UHGV virus genome: UHGV-1361589
DNA length: 47,408 nucleotides
Direction: 5' to 3' (one strand)
Origin: a virus
The translations under genes were made by a program, and so were the position numbers. A model generated the notes under the pieces. It was given only the letters and a program-made list of their open reading frames with translations, did no database searches and was not told where the DNA came from. Numbering within the stretch: position 1 is the stretch's first letter; every line of letters starts with the position of its first letter. This document shows, one piece after another, positions 1 through 7,799 of the stretch.

Positions 1-247
1 AAATGGATACGCTGGCGAGAAATCAGAAATTGATGTCGTTGCTGAAAAATTGCGCACAGCTGCGCAAAAAGGAAAGACAAATGTCACGGTGAAATGGCTT
101 TATGATTCACTAAAAAACGTTAGGCCATTCAAGGGCATACCGCATATTTACGACAGACTCAAGTCAAACGTTTTGCCGTCTCTTGAAGAAGATGGATATT
201 GCGTATTCCTCAATAATACTGTTTACCTGAATCCGAGGTTAAAATAA
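1..247 (+). CDS. hypothetical protein, 5'-truncated by the window edge (C-terminal fragment)
   Basis: Open frame runs in from position 2 with no stop until 247. The ORF track reports only from an internal Met at 50. Confidence 0.35.
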   Translation, partial: NGYAGEKSEIDVVAEKLRTAAQKGKTNVTVKWLYDSLKNVRPFKGIPHIYDRLKSNVLPSLEEDGYCVFLNNTVYLNPRLK

Positions 248-528
248 TGGCAACATTGCAACTTGCAGTAAAAGGTGAATATTTCGATGCGATGAAACGC
301 GGAGAAAAAAAAGAAGAGTATCGTCTGGTAAATGCATACTGGGGTAATCGCATTTTTAACCGCTGGTACGATACGCTGATTATCACTCGCGGCTATCCAC
401 GAAAAGATGACGATAGCCGCCGAATTGTAGTGCCGTATGACGGATTTGAAGTGAAGACCATTACCCATCCACACTTCGGTGCGGAGCCGGTAAAAGTGTT
501 TGCGATAAGAGTAAATATTAACGGATAA
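247..528 (+). CDS. DUF3850/ASCH-like (PUA-fold) small protein
   Basis: 93 aa. N-terminal pattern LQLAVKGEYFDAMKRGEKKEEYRL...LIITRGY resembles the ASCH/DUF3850 beta-barrel motif (EYFEAV..G.K..E.R). The start overlaps the upstream stop (ATAATGG). Confidence 0.4.
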   Translation: MATLQLAVKGEYFDAMKRGEKKEEYRLVNAYWGNRIFNRWYDTLIITRGYPRKDDDSRRIVVPYDGFEVKTITHPHFGAEPVKVFAIRVNING

Positions 529-530
529 CA

Positions 531-561
531 AAAAACCCTCCATCAGGAGGGTTTATTTTTT
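531..561. terminator. bidirectional rho-independent terminator
   Basis: AAAAACCCTCCATCAGGAGGGTTTATTTTTT, between convergent genes. Confidence 0.65.
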
Positions 562-1469
562 AGTGCTTCAAATAGCTCTTCTGGTCTATACAGCCTTTTT
601 CTGATGGCGACGCTGTGTCGAATATCATGACCATCATCAGTAATCAGTATCGGAAGACCTGCATTCTCGGCGGCGCATACCTCGTCGAAATTATTATTAA
701 TGATGCAACGCAGTTTAGCGCGCTGTTCATCGCTAACATTGCGCACAACTTCCCACATATTTTCCGAAGACCAGCAGCACCACACATGAGCACCGGTAAG
801 CCGATGCGCGCGCCATGCGTCAAAGTAATTGGATACAAGGTATGTCCACTCTGTTTTTTCACCAATCGGGGTCACCGCGCCTCGCGTAAGTCTTCCGCGA
901 GTGTACTCATGGCTAAATCCAGCGCGAAATGACACACTTTCATCGTCAGCAATGAATGCCACATTGCACGGCGACATGGTTACAGCCATATAGAGTGGGA
1001 TTGCCACCAGTTCACCGGTTTTACCGGTTATGGTGTAGCCGCCTGCTTTTTCCATGATGGCCGCCACTTCTTCTGGAGCAAGGCAGTCCGATGCACCATT
1101 GACTTTTGGCAACTGCTTTCTAATCGCCTCAAGTTTTTCGCGTGGGTGCATGTTCAGAAATCCGGCCAGTGCCTCCATTGACTCTGGAAACGTCATTCCT
1201 GACAGCTTCATTAGCCAGGTGATTCCGCTGCCGTTTCCGCACTGGTTGCAGATGGCGCCGCCGTCACCTTTGTAGTCCAGGTTATCATCGAATCGGAACC
1301 GGTCACGACCTCCGCAACTAGGGCATGGCTGATGTTTACCATTGAAAATTCTCATGTCGACATTAACTATCGACATGATGGCAGCCTGCCAGTTTCCTAC
1401 CATTAAAGGCTCTATATCCTTCCAGTCGTATCGCATAATTTCTTCCAGTTGACTATGATGTAGATTCAT
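543..1469 (-). CDS. DNA primase (phage/plasmid type with N-terminal zinc-binding motif)
   Basis: 308 aa. It carries a CPSCGGRDRFRFDD zinc-finger motif typical of P4-alpha/TraC-like primases and a second CNQCG motif. It lies on the minus strand opposite the flanking plus-strand replication genes. Confidence 0.6.
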   Translation of the reverse strand: MNLHHSQLEEIMRYDWKDIEPLMVGNWQAAIMSIVNVDMRIFNGKHQPCPSCGGRDRFRFDDNLDYKGDGGAICNQCGNGSGITWLMKLSGMTFPESMEALAGFLNMHPREKLEAIRKQLPKVNGASDCLAPEEVAAIMEKAGGYTITGKTGELVAIPLYMAVTMSPCNVAFIADDESVSFRAGFSHEYTRGRLTRGAVTPIGEKTEWTYLVSNYFDAWRAHRLTGAHVWCCWSSENMWEVVRNVSDEQRAKLRCIINNNFDEVCAAENAGLPILITDDGHDIRHSVAIRKRLYRPEELFEALKNKPS

Positions 1470-1531
1470 TGTAATTTACTAGCATGAAACGCGCAAGCGT
1501 TCTTGACATGAAACGCAACTGAGTTTAATAT
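1449..1531 (+). promoter_or_regulatory. tandem sigma70-like promoters (TTGACT-17-TAATTT and TTGACA-17-TAATAT) upstream of the HNH/helicase operon
   Basis: TTGACT at 1449-1454 with TAGATT in the spacer and TAATTT at 1472-1477. TTGACA at 1503-1508 and TAATAT at 1526-1531. Confidence 0.45.
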
Positions 1532-1543
1532 CGAGGGTAACAA

Positions 1544-1699
1544 ATGGCTATCACACTGAAAAAATGTAAAAACTGCGGGAGAGAGTTTCATGGCACATCA
1601 AGAGCTGAGTTCTGCTGTTCAGGGTGCAGGCTTAAATGCTTTAGAGAGAAAAAGAAAAACTCAATTCATAACTCAAAAGGAGATAATGGAATATCTTGA
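1544..1699 (+). CDS. small zinc-ribbon protein
   Basis: 51 aa ORF I translated by hand (MAITLKKCKNCGREFHGTSRAEFCCSGCRLKCF...), with a CxxC...CCxxC arrangement. It is below the ORF-track size cutoff and ends 14 nt after the likely HNH start. Confidence 0.3.
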   Translation: MAITLKKCKNCGREFHGTSRAEFCCSGCRLKCFREKKKNSIHNSKGDNGIS

Positions 1700-2159
1700 G
1701 TATGACCCTGAAACTGGTCTTTTTACCGCAATAAAATCACATGGAACGCTGTGGCGTTCTGGAAAGCTGGTGGGCCACAAGAATCAGGAAGGTTATATCA
1801 CGATAACTTTGCTAGGAAAGATTAGGAAAGCTCATAGACTTGCGTGGATTTATGTCTACGGAGAAGACATTGATGGTTATGAAATAGACCACGTAAATGG
1901 TGATAAATCAGACAATCGGATTTGCAATCTTAGGATTTCTAGTCATCAACAAAACATGTTCAACATGAAAAAGAAATCGACAAACAAATCTGGTGTAAAA
2001 GGCGTGCATTTCGACAAAAGGTGTAACAAATGGAGAGCGCAGACGTCAATAAACAGGAAGAGGGTTCACATTGGTTTGTTTAATACCATAGAAGCAGCAG
2101 AAAAGGCAGTTCGCGAATTCATGGTTGATAACCATAAAGAGTTTGTTAATTTAGGGTGA
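1686..2159 (+). CDS. HNH-AP2 homing endonuclease
   Basis: HNH_3 motif EIDHVNGDKSDNRICNLRISSHQQN, and a C-terminal AP2 domain (SGVKGVHFDKRCNKWRAQTSINRKRVHIGLFNTIEAAEKA). The likely true start is at MEYLEYDPETGLF (1686), preceded by an AAGGAG RBS. The ORF track starts earlier, at 1590. Confidence 0.8.
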   Translation: MEYLEYDPETGLFTAIKSHGTLWRSGKLVGHKNQEGYITITLLGKIRKAHRLAWIYVYGEDIDGYEIDHVNGDKSDNRICNLRISSHQQNMFNMKKKSTNKSGVKGVHFDKRCNKWRAQTSINRKRVHIGLFNTIEAAEKAVREFMVDNHKEFVNLG

Positions 2160-2163
2160 AATT

Positions 2164-4101
2164 ATGCACAAGATAGACAAAATGATTGCAGAACTTGATA
2201 TAGATAAACTGAAGCAATCAATAAAACCAGGACTTATCGAGCCATATGACTATCAATGGCTTGTTTATGCAAAATGCGCAGAAGTAATTCGTAATTTTGG
2301 CAAAGACCCTAAACCAAGCTACGTAACGGCATCAGTTTCATCAGGTAAGACAGTAATGATTTCCATGTTATGCAGTCGATTCCAGGATATGGGGTGGGAG
2401 GGACTGGTAATAGCTAGACAGTCTGAGATCATCGACCAGGATGCAAGTGAGCTTTGGAATTTTGGGGTTAAGAACTCACTTTATAGTGCATCGCTAGGCA
2501 GAAAGAGCACTGCTTACCCCATAATCTGCGCCACAGAGGGAACAATTATAAATGCTCTTTTTGACAAGAAAGATGAATCTGGTGAGGTTATTAAAAAATC
2601 AGACCTTTCAGATTACACGCCTAGATTTTGCCTGTGCGATGAGGGACACCAGGTTCCGTGGCATGACGTTGTAAGTGACAACCCAACAACTCAGTATGGA
2701 GTAATACTTACTGAGCTTAACAGGCGCTGCAAAGCAAAGTATGGACACGACATGATCACCATCGCTTTCACCGGAAGCCCTTTCCGTGGCACTGAGTCAA
2801 TGAAGGGTGCCTACTGGAAGCATGAAATAATAAACATTGACACAAAGTACATGGTAGATCGCGGATTCGTTGTGCCAACAATCTTTGGTCTTCATGATAT
2901 AGATGATTTACAGTATGACCTTTCTGATTTTCACGGATCAGATGTTGACGGAACTCAAGACTTTACCGCTGAGCAACTCAAGCAGATGCAGAAAGAAATA
3001 TTAGAACAGGGTACTCTCACGCAAAAAATAATGATGAAGGTCATGGAGCTTACGAAAGACCGCAATGGGGTATTGATTACATGCGCAGGAAAAAAGCATT
3101 GCTTAGAAGCTGCAAAATATTTACCAGATGGGAGTTATGCGATAGTAACTGAAGATATGGGCATGAAAGCTCGCCGGAAGGCTCTAAAAGATGCCTATAC
3201 CGGAAAAATAAAATACACATTCCAAATTGCGGCGTTAACAACAGGTGTAAACATACCTTTGTGGGATGTAAGTGTGATATTGCGAAAAATAATGTCACTT
3301 ACCCTTCTCGTCCAGCTTCTTGGTCGCGGGATGCGCTTGCTGAAGAAAGAGCAAATTGACGCCGGATATCATAAAGAAAACCACCTCGTGCTGGATTTTT
3401 CAGGAACAATGTTTGAGCTTGGTCAGCTCTACGAAGACCCCATCCTTGAGGAAGCAGAAGCGCAGCGCGCCAAGCGTAGCGGAGAGCAGGTTCCATGCCC
3501 TAAATGCCAGACGATGAACAGCCCATATGCACGGCGTTGCATCGGTAAAGACTCAACGTCTCCAGATGGACGATGCGAAGAGTTTTTCAGCTTCATTCGC
3601 TGTGGTTTCGACAAGCACGGAATCCGTATTTTTGATGATGGTTGCGGCACAAAGAACGACCCGACAGCTCGTTATTGCCGTCAATGCGATCACGTTTTGC
3701 GCGACCCTAACGCGGCGCTTAATGAGCGCGCTTATACCGATAAAGAATGGACAGATGTGCAAGATTTTAAAGTCGAGTTGACCAAAGACGCTGAGGGGGT
3801 TATTTATCGTTACCTGGTGGTAAAAGCTGATGGAAAGACCGGTTGGGCAAATGAGGTGTTTTATCCGTTCGGAGGCAAGCCAAAGCACCTGCGTGACATG
3901 TTTAAAATGAAGGCTCTGCTTCCGCACCTGGAAGATAAATCAATGATGAAGAAAATGATGGACTGCCATGATGCGAAGACTTTCATGCATTACGCCGGGT
4001 TAATCCGGGCACCTAAGCGCATCACGCATCGTTTTAACGATAAAGGCCGCGATATCATCCACCGCAAGGATTTCATTGGAGAACAAATTGAAGCAGCTTG
4101 A
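2164..4101 (+). CDS. SF2 DEAD/DEAH-box (DEGH) DNA helicase with C-terminal multi-zinc-ribbon region
   Basis: 645 aa. Walker A SSGKT and a DEGH box. The C-terminal approximately 120 aa carry four or more Cys clusters (CPKCQ..C, CEEF..C, CGTKND..C, CRQCDH). Confidence 0.65.
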   Translation: MHKIDKMIAELDIDKLKQSIKPGLIEPYDYQWLVYAKCAEVIRNFGKDPKPSYVTASVSSGKTVMISMLCSRFQDMGWEGLVIARQSEIIDQDASELWNFGVKNSLYSASLGRKSTAYPIICATEGTIINALFDKKDESGEVIKKSDLSDYTPRFCLCDEGHQVPWHDVVSDNPTTQYGVILTELNRRCKAKYGHDMITIAFTGSPFRGTESMKGAYWKHEIINIDTKYMVDRGFVVPTIFGLHDIDDLQYDLSDFHGSDVDGTQDFTAEQLKQMQKEILEQGTLTQKIMMKVMELTKDRNGVLITCAGKKHCLEAAKYLPDGSYAIVTEDMGMKARRKALKDAYTGKIKYTFQIAALTTGVNIPLWDVSVILRKIMSLTLLVQLLGRGMRLLKKEQIDAGYHKENHLVLDFSGTMFELGQLYEDPILEEAEAQRAKRSGEQVPCPKCQTMNSPYARRCIGKDSTSPDGRCEEFFSFIRCGFDKHGIRIFDDGCGTKNDPTARYCRQCDHVLRDPNAALNERAYTDKEWTDVQDFKVELTKDAEGVIYRYLVVKADGKTGWANEVFYPFGGKPKHLRDMFKMKALLPHLEDKSMMKKMMDCHDAKTFMHYAGLIRAPKRITHRFNDKGRDIIHRKDFIGEQIEAA

Positions 4102-4504
4102 TAGCGGGATATGGGTATTCGACAGTGGTTATCGTGGAGAATGCCCTAAAGAAGAGACTGACCAGATGGCCTATGGTCTTTGGATGCAATACCGATTCCC
4201 TGAAGTCCTGTGGTTTCATGTGCCTAACGAGACTGGAACAAAGAGCGGCCCTCAATTCGTCGAGAAACGCCGCAAGATGGGCGTCAGGAGCGGCGTAAGC
4301 GACAACGTGATACTAACCAACGGCATTAATCATAAATGCGGCCTGATTGAACTGAAGAGGCGCGACAAGACAAAATCAAAAGTATCGCCATCGCAGATTG
4401 ATGTTCTTGAGTGCGCCATTGCAGAGGGTCACTTTGGAGCCATTGCTTATGGTCTTGAGGAGATAAAAAGAGCGACGTTATTCTATTTTGGGCTTGATGA
4501 ATGA
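4076..4504 (+). CDS. VRR-NUC domain nuclease
   Basis: 142 aa. WFHVPNETGTKSGPQFVEKRRKMGVRSGVSDNVI matches the VRR-NUC core (hVPNGG...G..D). It overlaps the helicase 3' end by 26 nt. Confidence 0.55.
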   Translation: MENKLKQLDSGIWVFDSGYRGECPKEETDQMAYGLWMQYRFPEVLWFHVPNETGTKSGPQFVEKRRKMGVRSGVSDNVILTNGINHKCGLIELKRRDKTKSKVSPSQIDVLECAIAEGHFGAIAYGLEEIKRATLFYFGLDE

Positions 4505-4548
4505 CGTGGTTTGATGTAGATTGATTTAACAATAAAAAGAGGTGATGG

Positions 4549-5505
4549 ATGAAAGTTTATTTAAACAACGAACTCAGCAACGAGCAGTACCACGCTGACA
4601 CAGAGCACATCAACGGCTCTGGCCTGTGGAACATCTATGACCGCTGTCCGGCAGCGTGGCGCTACAAAGACGAAGAAGATGAGCAGTCAAAGGCTCTTGT
4701 CTTCGGCACAGGAAGCCATACAGCCCTGCTTGAGCCTGAGCGCTTCGAAGCAGAATATGCCCGCATGCCAGTTGTCGAAGATTTTCCAAAAGACAAAGAT
4801 GGCAATCGCACGGTGCTGGTAACTGCTTCCGACATGAACTCATGGGCGAAAGAGCGCGGCATTAAAGGCCTTTCAGGTAAGACTAAAGCCGAAGTGATTA
4901 AAATTATTCAGGCCACTGGCGAGACAGTGCAGATTTACGATGTTATCCGTGAAGAAGCAGAGAAGGCCGCTACTGGTAAATCAATGCTGGAAGGCAATGA
5001 TTATGACGCCATCATGCAGATGCGCGCTGTAATCCATGCAAACAGCTATTACAGCAGCCTGCTTTCTGGTGCTTATTCCGAGGTGTCAATTCTCGGTCAG
5101 TTGCTTGGCGAACCATCAAAGGTGCGCTTTGACTGCCTTACTCGCGGTGGCGACATCATCGACTACAAAACAGCAGTGAGCGCCAAGCCTGATGAGTTTT
5201 TCCGCCATGCAGCGCGGCTAGGGTACTTTATGAAGATGGCGATGCAACACGACATGTTTGTTGAGGCTTATGGGCATGCACCTCGCTCGGTAAATCTTCT
5301 GGTGCAGGAGAAGAAATCTCCATTCATCCCTGCGTTGATTCGTCTGACTGATGAACAGTTACGCATTGGTCGCATTCAGCTGCGCAGCGCGATGGAAATC
5401 TATAAGGCATGCAAAAAAGCCAATTCATGGCCTGGCTACTCAATGGGTAATCCGGTCATCGAAATGGAAACGCCGGAATGGTTCAAAAAACAATTTAATT
5501 TATAA
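4549..5505 (+). CDS. PD-(D/E)XK family exonuclease (RecB/Cas4-like; recombination exonuclease)
   Basis: 318 aa. It has a GDIIDYKT motif (D..D.K) and sits immediately upstream of the Sak4-like ATPase and SSB. Confidence 0.6.
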   Translation: MKVYLNNELSNEQYHADTEHINGSGLWNIYDRCPAAWRYKDEEDEQSKALVFGTGSHTALLEPERFEAEYARMPVVEDFPKDKDGNRTVLVTASDMNSWAKERGIKGLSGKTKAEVIKIIQATGETVQIYDVIREEAEKAATGKSMLEGNDYDAIMQMRAVIHANSYYSSLLSGAYSEVSILGQLLGEPSKVRFDCLTRGGDIIDYKTAVSAKPDEFFRHAARLGYFMKMAMQHDMFVEAYGHAPRSVNLLVQEKKSPFIPALIRLTDEQLRIGRIQLRSAMEIYKACKKANSWPGYSMGNPVIEMETPEWFKKQFNL

Positions 5506-5513
5506 CTAGTGAG

Positions 5514-6560
5514 GTGATGCAAATGGGTATTCTTAATATTAAACCAGCAGAGCGTTCAGGTTCTCGCATAGTGATTGGCATTTCAGGTCAGTCTGGTAGC
5601 GGCAAGACGCTTACGGCACTAAAGATGGCGCGAGGTATGGTCGATAAACCAGAAGAAATTGGATTTCTTGACTCTGAAAATGGTCGTGGCAGGCTTTATT
5701 CTGGAGAGCTTGACGGTCCATTTATGCACGCTGATTTGTATGCGCCATTTAGTCCAGCTCGTTACCGCCAGGCTATCGAGGAATTTCAGGAGGCAGGCGT
5801 TAAGGTTCTGGTTATTGATTCAGGATCGCACGAATGGGAAGGTGAAGGAGGATGCAATGATATTGCAGAGCAACCACTATTGCAGGGTAAGGCAATGGCA
5901 GACTGGAAGCGAGCCAAGTCTGAACATAAAAAATTCATGAGCGCTCTTTTGCAGAGCAATATGCATATCATCGTGTGTTTGCGAGCCAGAGAGAAAACGA
6001 GTTTTAAAAACCCCAAGAAACCTGAATCCCTCGGATTGCATGCTGTATGCGAAAAAGATTTTATGTTTGAAATGACAGTAAGCATGATGATGTATGATAA
6101 TGGAAAAATTCAGGAATTTACCAAGCTACCAGAAGAGTTGCGTCCAATCTTCTTTGATTCAGGCCGTGATAGTGTACACGAAGGATACTTAGGCGAGGCT
6201 CATGGGAGAGGTTTAATTAAATGGGTGGATTCAGGTGTCAAGGTCGACGAAGAGTTTGAGCACTGGCGCTCTAAACTTCAAATGACGGCGTCGAAAGGCG
6301 TTGCTGCGTTAACTGCCGAGGCAGTTAACTTGCCTGATTCAGTGAAAGCAAAAATTCGTGCAATCTGGCCTACATTGAAGGCATCAGCAGAAGAGTATGA
6401 GCGCATTGAATCATTCATTAATGATGAATCTCCAGCAGCTGTAACTATCACGCCGCAGGACGATTTCAACCCGGCAAAACTCCAGAAAGCAGATGCGCAC
6501 GCGTCATCTTCAAACGAAGAGAAGCCATCAACATCTCAACAGAACATCGAAAACTTTTAA
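5514..6560 (+). CDS. Sak4-like RecA-fold ATPase (AAA_24; ssDNA annealing/recombination)
   Basis: 348 aa. Walker A GISGQSGSGKT. Its position between an exonuclease and SSB is the typical phage recombination-module order. Confidence 0.6.
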   Translation: MMQMGILNIKPAERSGSRIVIGISGQSGSGKTLTALKMARGMVDKPEEIGFLDSENGRGRLYSGELDGPFMHADLYAPFSPARYRQAIEEFQEAGVKVLVIDSGSHEWEGEGGCNDIAEQPLLQGKAMADWKRAKSEHKKFMSALLQSNMHIIVCLRAREKTSFKNPKKPESLGLHAVCEKDFMFEMTVSMMMYDNGKIQEFTKLPEELRPIFFDSGRDSVHEGYLGEAHGRGLIKWVDSGVKVDEEFEHWRSKLQMTASKGVAALTAEAVNLPDSVKAKIRAIWPTLKASAEEYERIESFINDESPAAVTITPQDDFNPAKLQKADAHASSSNEEKPSTSQQNIENF

Positions 6561-6569
6561 GGGTAAATT

Positions 6570-7073
6570 ATGGCATCTCGCGGAATCAACAAAGTAATTA
6601 TTCTTGGCACTCTAGGCCAAGACCCGGAAGTTAAATATATGCCATCTGGCGGCGCTGTGTGCAATCTGTCTCTGGCAACATCAGAGCAGTGGAGCGATAA
6701 AGCAACAGGGGAAAAGAAAGAGCAGACAGAATGGCATCGCGTGGTTATCTTCGGAAAGCTGGCAGAGGTGGCTGGCGAATACCTGCGCAAAGGCTCTCAG
6801 GTATACATAGAGGGTAAATTACGCACTCGAAAATGGACAGATCAAAGCGGTGTTGAAAAATACACTACTGAAATCGTCTTGCAGCCGATGAACGGCGTTA
6901 TGCAAATGATTGGTGGTAAATCAAGTGATAATGGAAACCAACAATCACAGCAGCGACAACAATCAGGAAGCAATCAGCAATCAGGATGGGGTAAACCTCA
7001 GCAACCATCAAACACATCAAAACCACCGGTAAACGATCCGCCGATGGATTTTGGTGATGATATTCCGTTTTGA
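6570..7073 (+). CDS. ssb: single-stranded DNA-binding protein
   Basis: 167 aa. Canonical OB-fold N-terminus ([30 protein letters not shown]...), a Gln/Gly-rich linker and a DDIPF C-terminal tail. Confidence 0.9.
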   Translation: MASRGINKVIILGTLGQDPEVKYMPSGGAVCNLSLATSEQWSDKATGEKKEQTEWHRVVIFGKLAEVAGEYLRKGSQVYIEGKLRTRKWTDQSGVEKYTTEIVLQPMNGVMQMIGGKSSDNGNQQSQQRQQSGSNQQSGWGKPQQPSNTSKPPVNDPPMDFGDDIPF

Positions 7074-7128
7074 TGTGGATTGTGATATCATTTAAGTTAA
7101 TAAAATTAATCGCGGGAGTATATGTAAA

Positions 7129-7272
7129 ATGCGGAATTTCAAGAAAGGTGATGAAATACCTAAAGATCTTGTCGAAGTTAGCGAAGGCTTTATAGCTAAG
7201 TTTGGATGTGATGTAGCTGTTATTGGCGCTGTCATCACATGCAAAACAGATGGGAGTGTTATACAGGTTTAA
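7129..7272 (+). CDS. hypothetical small protein
   Basis: 47 aa ORF translated by hand (MRNFKKGDEIPKDLVEV...). It follows an AT-rich spacer after ssb. Confidence 0.2.
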   Translation: MRNFKKGDEIPKDLVEVSEGFIAKFGCDVAVIGAVITCKTDGSVIQV

Positions 7273-7445
7273 TCAAAGAGCGGAAATTATTCTTTTCCTG
7301 ATGATTGGGCTATAAAGATCAAGGAGCATCAAATTATCGGTTGCGATAGCGGAATAAACTCAGGTATACATTGGACCTGCAAACCATGTAAGATGTAGCG
7401 GATTAGGATTTAAGGGTTGTATAGGTGGTATGTCGGAGGATATGC

Positions 7446-7586
7446 GATGTTTAAAGGTGTTACTTACTGGCATTTTATGGCGCTTCTATCAATTATAGTG
7501 CCTTTTTTACCAGCGAATTACCAAATGCTACAGCATGATTCGTATGTGATACTAACCGCCATATTCCTTACTAAAATATTAAAATA
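7446..7586 (+). CDS. small hydrophobic (membrane) protein
   Basis: 46 aa (MFKGVTYWHFMALLSIIVPFLPANY...). It ends at the bidirectional terminator. Confidence 0.25.
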
Positions 7587-7612
7587 AAGGGCCTTGCGGC
7601 CCTTTAATACTA
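7586..7612. terminator. bidirectional rho-independent terminator between the converging early (+) and tail-fibre (-) units
   Basis: AGGGCC-TTGC-GGCCCT stem with flanking A- and T-runs. Confidence 0.6.
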
Positions 7613-7789
7613 CTCACTTTTTAAAGTTAAATGCTTATTTATACCTTTTAGTGCCAGATGTGAGTTGAGTAGCGCTAAAGCGTCATCAAAACACTCTGGC
7701 ATATCACCTTCCCCCGAAACTAAATATTCTTCCGGCTCGTCCGACACCACTGAATACGTGCCGTCGGTATTATTTTTAATATAGAACAT
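7610..7789 (-). CDS. small acidic protein downstream of the tailspike (possible fibre assembly factor)
   Basis: About 59 aa ORF translated by hand (MFYIKNNTDGTYSVVSDEPEEYLVSGEGDMPECFDD...). It begins about 10 nt after the tailspike stop. Confidence 0.25.
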   Translation of the reverse strand: MFYIKNNTDGTYSVVSDEPEEYLVSGEGDMPECFDDALALLNSHLALKGINKHLTLKSE

Positions 7790-7799
7790 ACTTCGCTCC

